Positions 31,830-42,555 of a DNA stretch of 64,000 nucleotides are shown in pieces. Source of the stretch: an uncultured Gammaproteobacteria bacterium (GTDB lineage: Bacteria > Pseudomonadota > Gammaproteobacteria > JAADHQ01); contig CAMYJO010000002.1 in the NCBI GenBank assembly GCA_947258755.1, forward strand, positions 208,909 through 272,908. Reading direction: 5' to 3'. The position numbers and the translations under genes were made by a program. Position 1 is the first letter of the stretch, and each line of letters opens with the position of its first letter. Below the pieces are notes generated by a model. The model was not told the origin of the DNA and did not search any database. It was given only the letters and a program-made list of their open reading frames with translations.

Positions 31830-33146
31830 TTGTCCAAATCCAGATTTATAATCACTATTGTTTTGTTGTTAATGTTGGGTCGGGTCGGCGCTGAAGTTGA
31901 AAAAGCGAGGACGCTGCCCGAGCCACTGACGCTCAAAGATGCCTTGGCGTTGAGTAATAATGGACATCCCGACAACCTCGTGGCACGCAGTCGTTTACAG
32001 GCCGCCGAGGCCAGCAAGGAGAGTGTTGAAGCCGACAGTGGTCTGCAAACCAGCCTGCAGGGAAGGCTCAGATGGGTGGAGCCCGCAAGCCGTGTGCTGG
32101 ATCCGGAGCGCGATGATCATCGCATTGCTTTATTGGCAAAAAAACGTGTGTATGATTTTGGCCGTAGTTCAGCCAGTATCGCATCCGCAGACGCTGTGCT
32201 TAACTCACAGCAATGGCTTCTGCAGGACCAGCAGAATAAGCATCGCATCGAAATCATGCAGGCCTTTTTTAATGTCATCCTGGCTGACCTGGCCTATGCA
32301 CGCGACAATGAATTGATGGCTATTCAGTTTGTGCGATTTGATCGCGCCAAGGACAGAAACAATTTAGGACAGATACCGGATGTCGATTTACTGCAAGCGG
32401 AAAATAATTATTTTCAGGCGCGTAGTATCCGCTATGCAAGTGATGTCAAGCGCCGCGCAACGCGCTCGACGCTTGCGAATATACTCAATCATCCCGGCCA
32501 ACTGCCTGCCAATCTGGTGCGCCCGCAACTTGCCATGCTCGAACGTAAGCTGCCCGATATAGAACCATTACAACAACAGGCGCTTCAGAACAATCCTGCT
32601 TTGCAGGCGCTGCGACAGCAAGTGGAAGCGGCCCATCAGCAACTGAAGTCAGTGCGGGCACGAAAAAAACCAAGCATTGATCTGGAGCTGGAAGCGGCTG
32701 ACTACTCCAGGGACTTTCGTTTCAGTGATAAATTCCGAGCCGGTCTTGTATTCGAAATGCCCTTGAGTACCAGTGGTGCAATCGATGCGGCCATTGCACA
32801 ACAACAATCGGCGTTAACTGCAGCGCGCGCGCAGCAACAGAAAACGGAAATGGAGCTGCAGCAACAAGTGCTGGAATTATGGCAGCAACTCTATATTGTC
32901 CGCGCCCAGCGTGATGAAGCCGCCGTATTCTCTGAATACCGTGATACCGCCCTGGATGTAGATCGGGGTTTATATGAACTGGACGTGGCTGCAGATCTTG
33001 GTGATTCACTGGCGCTGTACTCTGCGGCGATTTATCAGTCGGCAAAGGCGGATTTTGATTATGCGCTGGCCTGGGCGCGCCTGGATGCGATAATGGGTAA
33101 GCAGGTCGGTGCCAATGAAAACAACGTGCAAGCACCCGAAAAGTGA
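31830..33146 (+). CDS. TolC-family outer membrane protein
   Basis: PLTLKDAL, YDFG, ALQNNPAL, P.IDL and repeated helical outer-membrane efflux pattern. Confidence 0.88.
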   Translation: MSKSRFIITIVLLLMLGRVGAEVEKARTLPEPLTLKDALALSNNGHPDNLVARSRLQAAEASKESVEADSGLQTSLQGRLRWVEPASRVLDPERDDHRIALLAKKRVYDFGRSSASIASADAVLNSQQWLLQDQQNKHRIEIMQAFFNVILADLAYARDNELMAIQFVRFDRAKDRNNLGQIPDVDLLQAENNYFQARSIRYASDVKRRATRSTLANILNHPGQLPANLVRPQLAMLERKLPDIEPLQQQALQNNPALQALRQQVEAAHQQLKSVRARKKPSIDLELEAADYSRDFRFSDKFRAGLVFEMPLSTSGAIDAAIAQQQSALTAARAQQQKTEMELQQQVLELWQQLYIVRAQRDEAAVFSEYRDTALDVDRGLYELDVAADLGDSLALYSAAIYQSAKADFDYALAWARLDAIMGKQVGANENNVQAPEK

Positions 33147-33153
33147 GTGACTT

Positions 33154-33927
33154 ATGAAACAGTTGAGAACGATGCAATGTGGCCTGGTGTTATTGGGCAG
33201 TTTATTGGCTGGACAGTCACTGGCGGCCGACAAACCTGCCGTGCTGGACTGGTATCAACCGATGTTGTTATCGACGCCAATGTCCGGGGTGGTCGAACAG
33301 GTATACGTCAGTAGCGGCCAGCGTCTGAAACCGAAGCAAAAATTACTAAGGCTCGACAGTCGTGGTTTCCGTGCCCGGGTCAGCAAGGCGGAAGCGGTGT
33401 TGAGCAGGGCGACAGAAAGCCATGCCGAGGCCAAGCTAGAGATGGAGCGTGCGCAGGAACTGTTTGATCGTACTGCGATCTCGGTACACGACCGTGAATT
33501 GGTCAGGATAGAATTCGCCAAGGCCATTGCCAATCTGAAAGAGGCCAAGGCTGAGCTGGTACAGGCGAAACTGGAGCTTGAATATAGCGAGATACGCGCC
33601 CCAAACGCCGGTATCGTACTACAGGTCTTTGCACACAAGGGTCAAACCGTTGTCCATCGATCTCAGTCCAAGCCACTGGTGGCGATGGCCTCGATGGATA
33701 AAATGCTGGCACGCGCGCATGTCAGTGCCGAGGACCTGGAGGGCCTGAAAATAGGTATGCGCATGGATGTCCGATTACAGGGACAGACGCTGACAGGGAA
33801 AGTACATCGCCTGGGCATGGAGCCGGTCAATCCACAACAACCGCCTATGTACCTGCTTGAAGTCGAATTCGATACCGCTGCCAAGAGCTACCGTAAAGGG
33901 CAGGAAGCCAGTATTATTTTACCGTGA
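33154..33927 (+). CDS. Efflux periplasmic adaptor (membrane fusion protein)
   Basis: Lipoyl half-motifs SGVVEQVYVSSGQ and IRAPNAGIV...GQTV flanking a coiled-coil hairpin; N-terminal signal peptide. Confidence 0.88.
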   Translation: MKQLRTMQCGLVLLGSLLAGQSLAADKPAVLDWYQPMLLSTPMSGVVEQVYVSSGQRLKPKQKLLRLDSRGFRARVSKAEAVLSRATESHAEAKLEMERAQELFDRTAISVHDRELVRIEFAKAIANLKEAKAELVQAKLELEYSEIRAPNAGIVLQVFAHKGQTVVHRSQSKPLVAMASMDKMLARAHVSAEDLEGLKIGMRMDVRLQGQTLTGKVHRLGMEPVNPQQPPMYLLEVEFDTAAKSYRKGQEASIILP

Positions 33928-34193
33928 GCCTGTGTCGGCATTGTATTGTCAGCGGGCGAGTGCAGGGTGTTTTTTTCCGCGACTCGACCCGGCGTATGGC
34001 TGTCGAGCTGGGTGTTTCCGGTTATGCCAGGAATTTAGTCGATGGAACAGTAGAGGTGTTGGCTTGCGGCAGTGAACAGGCAGTCAATGCGTTGTGTGAC
34101 TGGTTAAGGCAAGGTCCGCCCTCGGCACGGGTTGATGATATTGTCTGTGAATTGCGTGACTATCGTGCCCAGGATGGGTTCAGCATTAGATAA
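33924..34193 (+). CDS. acyP: Acylphosphatase
   Basis: VSGRVQGVFFR, GYARNL.DG.VEV, GPPSARV; GTGA overlap with the adaptor gene. Confidence 0.93.
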   Translation: MSLCRHCIVSGRVQGVFFRDSTRRMAVELGVSGYARNLVDGTVEVLACGSEQAVNALCDWLRQGPPSARVDDIVCELRDYRAQDGFSIR

Positions 34194-34218
34194 GACAGTA
34201 GCTCATCTATATTAATGA

Positions 34219-34794
34219 CTACTGTCTGTACCAACGCCTATGCAAGGCCTTGAATACCTTGTCCGGATATTTGCGTTTGCCAACACTGCCATTATAGCGC
34301 GCCAGTGCTTTGGTCTTGTCATTTTTTTCCTTGTCGAGGTAGTAACGCAATATCGTACAGCCCATGCGTAGGTTGACGCGTATATCAAACATGTTTTCAT
34401 GCGGTTTGCCTATTTCCTTGAGCCAGAATGGCATCACCTGCATCAGTCCTCTGGCGCCCACGGAAGAGATGGCAAAACGGTCGAAGGCGCTTTCAATCTG
34501 AATAACAGCAAGCACCAGTTCCGGATCCAGATTGGCACGCGTGGCTTCCTCGTGCAGTACTTTGAGGATGGTGATGCGCTCATCCTTGTTTTTGACATAA
34601 CGGCGCATGCGCAGTGACATGTCGGTTAGCCAGACTTCGGCGGCATACTTGTCCTTGAAGCTTTGCGAGTCATTGATGGCCTCGATCAAACGCTTGCGTA
34701 AATCAGTATCCAATGACTGTGTGGATGCCTGCAGCAATGGGGCTGTGCATAGAAGGCAGCATAGGAGGCTGTAATGGATAAATTTATTAAACAT
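34219..34794 (-). CDS. Lytic transglycosylase (SLT domain)
   Basis: IQIES, GARGLMQVMP, ALARYNG; signal peptide. Confidence 0.9.
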   Translation of the reverse strand: MFNKFIHYSLLCCLLCTAPLLQASTQSLDTDLRKRLIEAINDSQSFKDKYAAEVWLTDMSLRMRRYVKNKDERITILKVLHEEATRANLDPELVLAVIQIESAFDRFAISSVGARGLMQVMPFWLKEIGKPHENMFDIRVNLRMGCTILRYYLDKEKNDKTKALARYNGSVGKRKYPDKVFKALHRRWYRQ

Positions 34795-34807
34795 ATTATT
34801 TTAAGGG

Positions 34808-36520
34808 TTAATACCCTGATAGCTTCGTTTTAAGGAATTCAATCATATTATCGGCGTCGATAAAAGATGCTTTATCATCAGTTCGGCCTTTATATTCCAG
34901 TTCACCCTTGTCCAGGCCTTTTTCACTGATAACAATACGATGCGGAATACCGATCAGCTCCATATCGGCAAACATGAAGCCGGGGCGGACATTGCGGTCG
35001 TCGAGCAGGACATCAAAACCATTGTCGACCAAGGTCTGGTAATAGTCTTCAACGGCACTGCGTACTTTATCTGACTTGTGCATACCGACTGGAACCAGGG
35101 CGACCTCGAACGGCGCCAGTGCCTGCGGCCAGACGATGCCGTTGTCATCATGATTTTGTTCGATGGCCGAGGCGACAACACGCGAAACACCGATACCGTA
35201 ACAGCCCATGGTCATGGTGCTGGACTTGCCGTTCTCATCCAGAACATTGGCTTGCAGGGCCTCGCTGTATTTTGTACCGAGCTGAAAAATATGACCGACC
35301 TCAATCCCGCGCACAATCGATAACGTGCCCTTACCGTCTGGGCTGGGATCACCCTCAACAACATTACGGATATCCACCGCCTCAAAGTCGCCGCCGTCGC
35401 GCTGCCAGTTCGCGCCGGTATAGTGAAATCCGTCTTCGTTCGCGCCACAGACAAAATCGGCCAGCACCGCTGCACTGTGATCAACCAGGGTACGCACCGA
35501 CAGATTCAACGGACCTATAGAGCCGGGTTTGCAGCCGCAGACCTGCTCGACTTGTTGCTCGTTGGCAAAACACATGGGTGAGGCTATGCCGCTGATTTTT
35601 TCCAGTTTGATCTCGTTTAGTTCGTGATCGCCACGCAAGACCAGGGCAATAATGTCATCGTCTTTTCCCTGAACCAGTAGTGTCTTCACGCATTGCGAAG
35701 GCGGAACACCGAGGAACTGACTAACTTCCTCGATACTGTGCTGGTTTGGCGTGGCTGTTTTTTGTAACTCGGCTGTTGCCGCAGGGCGAGGGGTGTCAGG
35801 GGCGAGGGCCGGGGCCTTTTCGACATTAGCGGCATATTGACTGCTATCGGAGAAGGCAATCGCATCTTCGCCCGAGTCAGCCAATACATGAAACTCATGC
35901 GATGTATTGCCACCTATGCTGCCGGTGTCGGCCTCTACTGGCCGGTATTTCAGGCCCAGCCTGGAAAATATACGGCTGTAGGTCTCGAACATGATGTCAT
36001 AGGTCTGCTGTAGTGATTCCTGAGTCAGGTGAAAGGAGTAGGCATCTTTCATCAGGAATTCTCGCGCACGCATAATGCCAAAACGTGGTCGTACCTCATC
36101 CCGAAACTTGGTCTGGATTTGATAATAATTCACTGGCAGTTGTTTATAGCTGCGTAATTCACGACGCACCATGTCGGTGATGACCTCTTCATGGGTTGGG
36201 CCATAACAAAAATCGCGTTGGTGGCGATCATGGAAGCGCAGTAGTTCCGGACCATATTGCTCCCAGCGGCCGGATTCTTGCCAGAGTTCAGACGGTTGTA
36301 CTGAAGGCATTAGTATTTCGAGCGCACCGGCACGGTCCATTTCCTCGCGGACAATGGTTTCGGCCTTACGTAGTATGCGTAAACCTAATGGTAACCAGGT
36401 ATACACGCCGGCAGCCAGTTTGCGAATCATGCCACTGCGTAGCATCAGCTGATGGCTGGCTACCTCGGCGTCAGAGGGGACTTCTTTGATGGTCGACAGA
36501 GGGAAACGTGAAACTCGCAT
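34808..36520 (-). CDS. proS: Proline--tRNA ligase
   Basis: [18 protein letters not shown] editing domain, [18 protein letters not shown]. Confidence 0.97.
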   Translation of the reverse strand: MRVSRFPLSTIKEVPSDAEVASHQLMLRSGMIRKLAAGVYTWLPLGLRILRKAETIVREEMDRAGALEILMPSVQPSELWQESGRWEQYGPELLRFHDRHQRDFCYGPTHEEVITDMVRRELRSYKQLPVNYYQIQTKFRDEVRPRFGIMRAREFLMKDAYSFHLTQESLQQTYDIMFETYSRIFSRLGLKYRPVEADTGSIGGNTSHEFHVLADSGEDAIAFSDSSQYAANVEKAPALAPDTPRPAATAELQKTATPNQHSIEEVSQFLGVPPSQCVKTLLVQGKDDDIIALVLRGDHELNEIKLEKISGIASPMCFANEQQVEQVCGCKPGSIGPLNLSVRTLVDHSAAVLADFVCGANEDGFHYTGANWQRDGGDFEAVDIRNVVEGDPSPDGKGTLSIVRGIEVGHIFQLGTKYSEALQANVLDENGKSSTMTMGCYGIGVSRVVASAIEQNHDDNGIVWPQALAPFEVALVPVGMHKSDKVRSAVEDYYQTLVDNGFDVLLDDRNVRPGFMFADMELIGIPHRIVISEKGLDKGELEYKGRTDDKASFIDADNMIEFLKTKLSGY

Positions 36521-36607
36521 ATGACTGAATTGATCCTGTAATTATAAAAGACTGCAGCCGCTGCCGAATGTGTATCGATGGCAATGGCGACGTGAGCTGG
36601 TGGTAAA

Positions 36608-36865
36608 TTATTCTGTTTCCGGCAGTGCCGGTACAATGTTCGTGTTATGTAAATATTCCTGTTCTGTATAGGGCGTGCCAGCGCTTGGCGGTATTGAGGT
36701 GATTTGCCAGACACCATTATTGTCACGCCATTTATACACCTTGCTCGTGCTCTGCTCTTGACCGATCGATTTTAAAACCCAGTTTTTAACATCCTGATCC
36801 AAATAGGCAGTGATGCCGACAAGTGCGGCAATGATAAGCAAAATCAAAAAAATATTCTTTAGCAT
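36608..36865 (-). CDS. DUF4124-domain small membrane-anchored protein
   Basis: N-terminal TM, then VYKWRDNNGVWQITSIPP. Confidence 0.75.
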   Translation of the reverse strand: MLKNIFLILLIIAALVGITAYLDQDVKNWVLKSIGQEQSTSKVYKWRDNNGVWQITSIPPSAGTPYTEQEYLHNTNIVPALPETE

Positions 36866-36884
36866 TTAATAATCCCAGAGGTGA

Positions 36885-37229
36885 TTAGAAGGTGTCGCTG
36901 TTCCAGCCCCACAGATGACGTTCGGCCGCGGAGAATTCGATATATATTCTGTCGCGATTGATATCAAGTCGGGCGTTGATAAAATCGCATAATTGTTTTG
37001 AAAATTCACCGCTGCGGGATTCAGGCAGGCCAATGCTTTTCAATTCCAGATAAGCCAGTGGTTCAGCGCTGCCGGCAAATAACATGGACAGCCCTGATTG
37101 AATCTCGACCATGATATAGCTTTCAGGTTTACCCAGCATCGTGGCCAGTAATGGACTCATAGCAGCGGCCAGTTCAGATTCAGACTCTTTATCGAGCACC
37201 TGGTTGGTGCTGATTTTCAGATAGGGCAT
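36885..37229 (-). CDS. MIF-family (phenylpyruvate tautomerase-like) protein
   Basis: Catalytic Pro-1 after Met (MPYLKI), GKPESY, LKSIG, DRIYIEF, WGWN..TF. Confidence 0.88.
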   Translation of the reverse strand: MPYLKISTNQVLDKESESELAAAMSPLLATMLGKPESYIMVEIQSGLSMLFAGSAEPLAYLELKSIGLPESRSGEFSKQLCDFINARLDINRDRIYIEFSAAERHLWGWNSDTF

Positions 37230-37265
37230 TACTGGTAGCCGAAACCGTGAGCTGAAATGTGAAGC

Positions 37266-37724
37266 TTATTTTTTATCACATGCCTTCTCTATTTCTTCTT
37301 GAATTTTTTCGATTTCCTGTAACTGTTCTTCGTAGGGAACTTCGACCAATTCACCATTTTCGTTTTTTGCCACGCGTCGCTTGCCCAAGTAAAGTTGCAG
37401 GTTGTTACGCAAAGCGATGCAATTTTGCTCGCGTTGTTTTTCTTCCAGGGCCTTTTTCTGCGCCTGTTCTTCCTGTTTCTTTTGCTCTTCCTGACGCTTA
37501 TTGAATTCCTCGGTTTGTTTGTCCAGAATGACTTTCTGTTCGGTGGTCCCGGTAGGGGTCGCCGTGTGCGGATTCAGGGTCTCGGCCTTCTGGTTCACAG
37601 GAGGTTTGTCGGTATAGTGGACCTGACCCGCGGAATCGGTCCATTTATATAGTCCGGCCAGACTCGTCCCCGAAACCATCATCGCTATCAGGATCCACAT
37701 TATTCGCTGTCTGTAGCCGTTCAT
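37266..37724 (-). CDS. DUF4124-domain exported protein
   Basis: Signal peptide, LYKWTDSAGQVHYTDKPP, coiled coil and a Cys pair. Confidence 0.8.
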   Translation of the reverse strand: MNGYRQRIMWILIAMMVSGTSLAGLYKWTDSAGQVHYTDKPPVNQKAETLNPHTATPTGTTEQKVILDKQTEEFNKRQEEQKKQEEQAQKKALEEKQREQNCIALRNNLQLYLGKRRVAKNENGELVEVPYEEQLQEIEKIQEEIEKACDKK

Positions 37725-37879
37725 ATCTGCTTCCCGTTGGTAAAGTTGTCGAATATTAGATTATGATGAAAATACCCATGAAGACAAGGAAAATTTCCTG
37801 CTAATTCTGCGGGTTATGTCTGGTTTTCGGTATGATCCGCTCAAATGAGGCCATTGTAGTGGAAATTTTGTTATTTTTC

Positions 37880-37908
37880 TTGACCTTCGTGAACAATAAC
37901 AGTACTTT
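37880..37908 (+). promoter_or_regulatory. Putative sigma70 promoter of the ilv operon
   Basis: TTGACC-17 nt-TACTTT. Confidence 0.5.
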
Positions 37909-38048
37909 CTAATGTTTTACGATTTTGCTGCAGGCGGCCCGTTTATACGGGCATTTTTCGTCCAATATTCAGGGTTTTTTGACATCATCCTGGGTTAGGT
38001 GCTGCCGGTGGTGAATAAAATCATTGTTAAATCAAGGGGAAAACCAAG

Positions 38049-39743
38049 GTGGAAATAACCGGTGCCGAGATCTTTGTCCGCTGCCTCGAAGATGAAGGGG
38101 TCGATTGCCTGTTTGGTTATCCAGGCGGTGCGGTATTGCATATCTACGATGCCCTATACCGGCAGGACAAGGTCAAGCATTTCCTGGTACGACATGAACA
38201 GGCGGCCACGCACGCTGCAGACGGTTATGCGCGCGCCACCGGAAAACCGGGTGTTGTCCTGGTCACTTCCGGACCGGGAGCCACGAATGCGGTTACCGGT
38301 ATTGCCACGGCGCATTTGGACTCAATACCCTTGGTTGTCTTTACTGGTCAGGTGCCGACCAGTCTGATCGGCAATGATGCCTTTCAGGAGGTCGACTCGG
38401 TTGGCATTACCCGTCCCTGCGTGAAGCATAATTTCCTCGTCAAGGACATCAAAGACCTGGCTACCACGATCAAAAAGGCCTTTTATGTGGCTACCACCGG
38501 TCGCCCGGGTCCGGTTGTCGTTGATATACCCAAGGATGTGACCGCGCAACGTGCTGAATACCATTATCCTGCCGAGGTCTCCTTGCGTTCGTATAATCCT
38601 GTGGTCAAGGGTCATATTGGCCAAATTCGGCGTGCAGTAAAATTGATGGCACAAGCAAAACGGCCGATGCTTTATACCGGTGGCGGCGTGGTGCTGGATA
38701 ATGCCAGTGAGGAATTGACCGAACTGACGCGCTTATTGAATTTCCCGATTACCGAGACATTAATGGGCCTGGGTGCCTACCCGGCAACCGACAAACAGTT
38801 TGTCGGCATGCTCGGTATGCATGGTACCTATGAAGCCAACCTGGGCATGCATAATTGCGATGTGCTGGTGGCCATAGGTGCGCGCTTTGACGATCGCGTT
38901 ACCGGTAATATCGAGAAATTCTGCCCGACAGCGAAAATCATCCATATCGATATCGATCCGGCCTCTATTTCTAAAAATGTAAAGGTCGATGTACCGATTG
39001 TCGGCAGTGTCAGGGCCGTGCTCAAGGATATGCTCAAACTGGTTCGAGGTAGCAGCTTCAAGACTGATGAAGCGGCGCTGGCCGAATGGTGGAAGCAGAT
39101 CGAGGAGTGGCGTTCGATGGATTGCCTCAAATATGACAGCAGCGGACCCGTGATCAAACCGCAGATGGTGGTAGAAAAACTGTACCAGGTCACTAATGGT
39201 GAAGCCTTCGTGACCTCGGATGTCGGTCAGCACCAGATGTGGGCCGCGCAGTATTATAAATTCGACCAGCCCAGGCGCTGGATCAATTCCGGTGGCCTCG
39301 GCACGATGGGCTTCGGCATGCCGGCTGCGATGGGCGTACAATTGGCCTATCCGGATGCGACCGTTGCCTGTATTACCGGTGAAGGCAGTATCCAGATGAA
39401 TATCCAGGAGCTGTCAACATTGAAGCAATACGGATTGCCGATCAAGGTCATCACCCTGAATAATGGCTACCTGGGCATGGTGCGCCAGTGGCAGGAGTTT
39501 TTCTATGACAAGCGTTATGCCATGTCGTACATGGAATCGCTGCCGGATTTTGTCAAACTGGCCGAGAGTTATGGACATGCGGGTATCCGTGTAGAGAAGC
39601 CGTCTGATGTTGAAGGTGCCTTGAAGGAAGCGATGAGCGTCCGCGATCGAGTTGTATTCATGGACTTCATTACCGACAAGGAAGAAAATGTTTATCCGAT
39701 GATTCCTGCGGGCGCGGGACAAAATGAAATGATTCTGGTGTAA
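38049..39743 (+). CDS. ilvI: Acetolactate synthase large subunit
   Basis: FGYPGGAVL, RHEQ, TSGPGATN, GMHG, SGGLGTMGFG and the TPP motif GEGS...NNG. Confidence 0.93.
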   Translation: MEITGAEIFVRCLEDEGVDCLFGYPGGAVLHIYDALYRQDKVKHFLVRHEQAATHAADGYARATGKPGVVLVTSGPGATNAVTGIATAHLDSIPLVVFTGQVPTSLIGNDAFQEVDSVGITRPCVKHNFLVKDIKDLATTIKKAFYVATTGRPGPVVVDIPKDVTAQRAEYHYPAEVSLRSYNPVVKGHIGQIRRAVKLMAQAKRPMLYTGGGVVLDNASEELTELTRLLNFPITETLMGLGAYPATDKQFVGMLGMHGTYEANLGMHNCDVLVAIGARFDDRVTGNIEKFCPTAKIIHIDIDPASISKNVKVDVPIVGSVRAVLKDMLKLVRGSSFKTDEAALAEWWKQIEEWRSMDCLKYDSSGPVIKPQMVVEKLYQVTNGEAFVTSDVGQHQMWAAQYYKFDQPRRWINSGGLGTMGFGMPAAMGVQLAYPDATVACITGEGSIQMNIQELSTLKQYGLPIKVITLNNGYLGMVRQWQEFFYDKRYAMSYMESLPDFVKLAESYGHAGIRVEKPSDVEGALKEAMSVRDRVVFMDFITDKEENVYPMIPAGAGQNEMILV

Positions 39744-39747
39744 CTCT

Positions 39748-41291
<1,544 letters not shown>

Positions 41292-41314
41292 CACGAATTG
41301 TCTATCGTACTATG

Positions 41315-41352
41315 AAAGGGGCGTGAACGTAGTTCGCGTCCCTTTTTTTTTA
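41315..41352 (+). terminator. Rho-independent terminator after ilvC
   Basis: GGGGCGTGAAC-GTA-GTTCGCGTCCC followed by a long T-run. Confidence 0.85.
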
Positions 41353-41487
41353 ACGATAAAAGTACTGTTAGCTTACTGTCAGTCCGGCCCGAACGGGTAA
41401 TCCATGAAAATATGGGCCAATAAAGCTGATATGTTATACTGATATTGAAAAATTTACCCGGCTTGCGGAATAGTGTCAGGAAACCTT

Positions 41488-42303
41488 ATGACTGAAGAAA
41501 ATATAAAAACAGTGCAGGATCCGACTGAAGAAAAAAAACCGAGGAGGGCGATCTACTTACTGCCTAACCTGTTTACAACGGCGGGTCTGTTTGCCGGTTT
41601 CTATGCCATTATCCTGGCCATGCAGGGACGTTTTACCGCGGCGGCTATTTCCGTGATAGTAGCCATGTTGCTGGATGGTATTGATGGTCGCGTCGCGCGC
41701 ATGACCAACACCCAGAGTGAGTTCGGTGCGCAATATGACAGCATCGCCGATATGGTTTCTTTTGGCCTGGCCCCGGCCCTGGTCATGTATCAGTGGTCGC
41801 TGGTGAGCCTGGTGGAATTGGGTGAGCAGTGGGGCAAGTTTGGTTGGTTGGCGGCATTCTTTTATGCTGCTATGGCGGCGTTGAGGTTGGCGCGCTTTAA
41901 TGTGCAGATCGGCACGCTGGATAAAAAGTATTTTATGGGGCTAGCCAGTCCGTCAGCGGCGACCTTGCTGGTTTCATTTATCTGGGTCTTTGATGATCTT
42001 GACTTGAAGGGCAGTGAAAGTTATTTGCTGGTGCCGTCACTACTGTTGACTATCCTTGCCGGCGTGTTGATGGTGAGTCCGGTATTATATAATAGCTTTA
42101 AAGACCAGAGTCGGAAGGAAAAGGTGCCTTTTGTTGGTATCCTGATCGTGGTGTTGATCTTTATCTTGGTGACAATCGATCCGCCCAAGGTATTCTTTGG
42201 GGTATTTCTTCTGTATGCCTTATCGGGCCCATTCATGATGCTGTTGCGCTGGAAGCGTAAAAAAATGCAAACAAATAGCGAAACCCCGGCGGATCAGGGC
42301 TAA
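41488..42303 (+). CDS. pssA: CDP-diacylglycerol--serine O-phosphatidyltransferase
   Basis: LLPNLFTT, DGIDGRVAR..SEFGAQYDSIAD, LRLARFN. Confidence 0.93.
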   Translation: MTEENIKTVQDPTEEKKPRRAIYLLPNLFTTAGLFAGFYAIILAMQGRFTAAAISVIVAMLLDGIDGRVARMTNTQSEFGAQYDSIADMVSFGLAPALVMYQWSLVSLVELGEQWGKFGWLAAFFYAAMAALRLARFNVQIGTLDKKYFMGLASPSAATLLVSFIWVFDDLDLKGSESYLLVPSLLLTILAGVLMVSPVLYNSFKDQSRKEKVPFVGILIVVLIFILVTIDPPKVFFGVFLLYALSGPFMMLLRWKRKKMQTNSETPADQG

Positions 42304-42308
42304 GGTAC

Positions 42309-42337
42309 TTGGCAAATTCGGTTATTCGGGCTATATT
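42309..42337 (+). promoter_or_regulatory. Putative sigma70 promoter of the leuA leader
   Basis: TTGGCA-17 nt-TATATT; the expected start site falls at or near the leader ATG (42344). Confidence 0.6.
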
Positions 42338-42343
42338 TACTCT

Positions 42344-42442
42344 ATGTTTGCTACAAACCATCAATTAGACGTTATTTTCAGTCAGGCCGCTCATGCGGTT
42401 ACTGCTGCTCCTCTTTCTTTGTCTCTGCTGCTACTGCCGTAA
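42344..42442 (+). CDS. Putative leucine leader peptide (32 aa; not in ORF track)
   Basis: MFATNHQLDVIFSQAAHAVTAAPLSLSLLLLP*, ending in CTG CTG CTA CTG, upstream of leuA. Confidence 0.65.
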   Translation: MFATNHQLDVIFSQAAHAVTAAPLSLSLLLLP

Positions 42443-42555
42443 GGCAGCTACCAGATCCCCTGGCGAGGGTTACAGCGCGATTCCAAAACCGACTATCTAT
42501 AATACCCAAAGGCACGCGCCTGGGGTAAAATGCCCATATAACTGGAGCCAGGAAC

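Noticed and set aside
37912..37998. Phe-rich uORF (MFYDFAAGG...) as an ilv leader peptide
   Set aside because: The ATG is only 3 nt after the predicted -10 element, so it is probably not transcribed, and it lacks Ile/Leu/Val runs.
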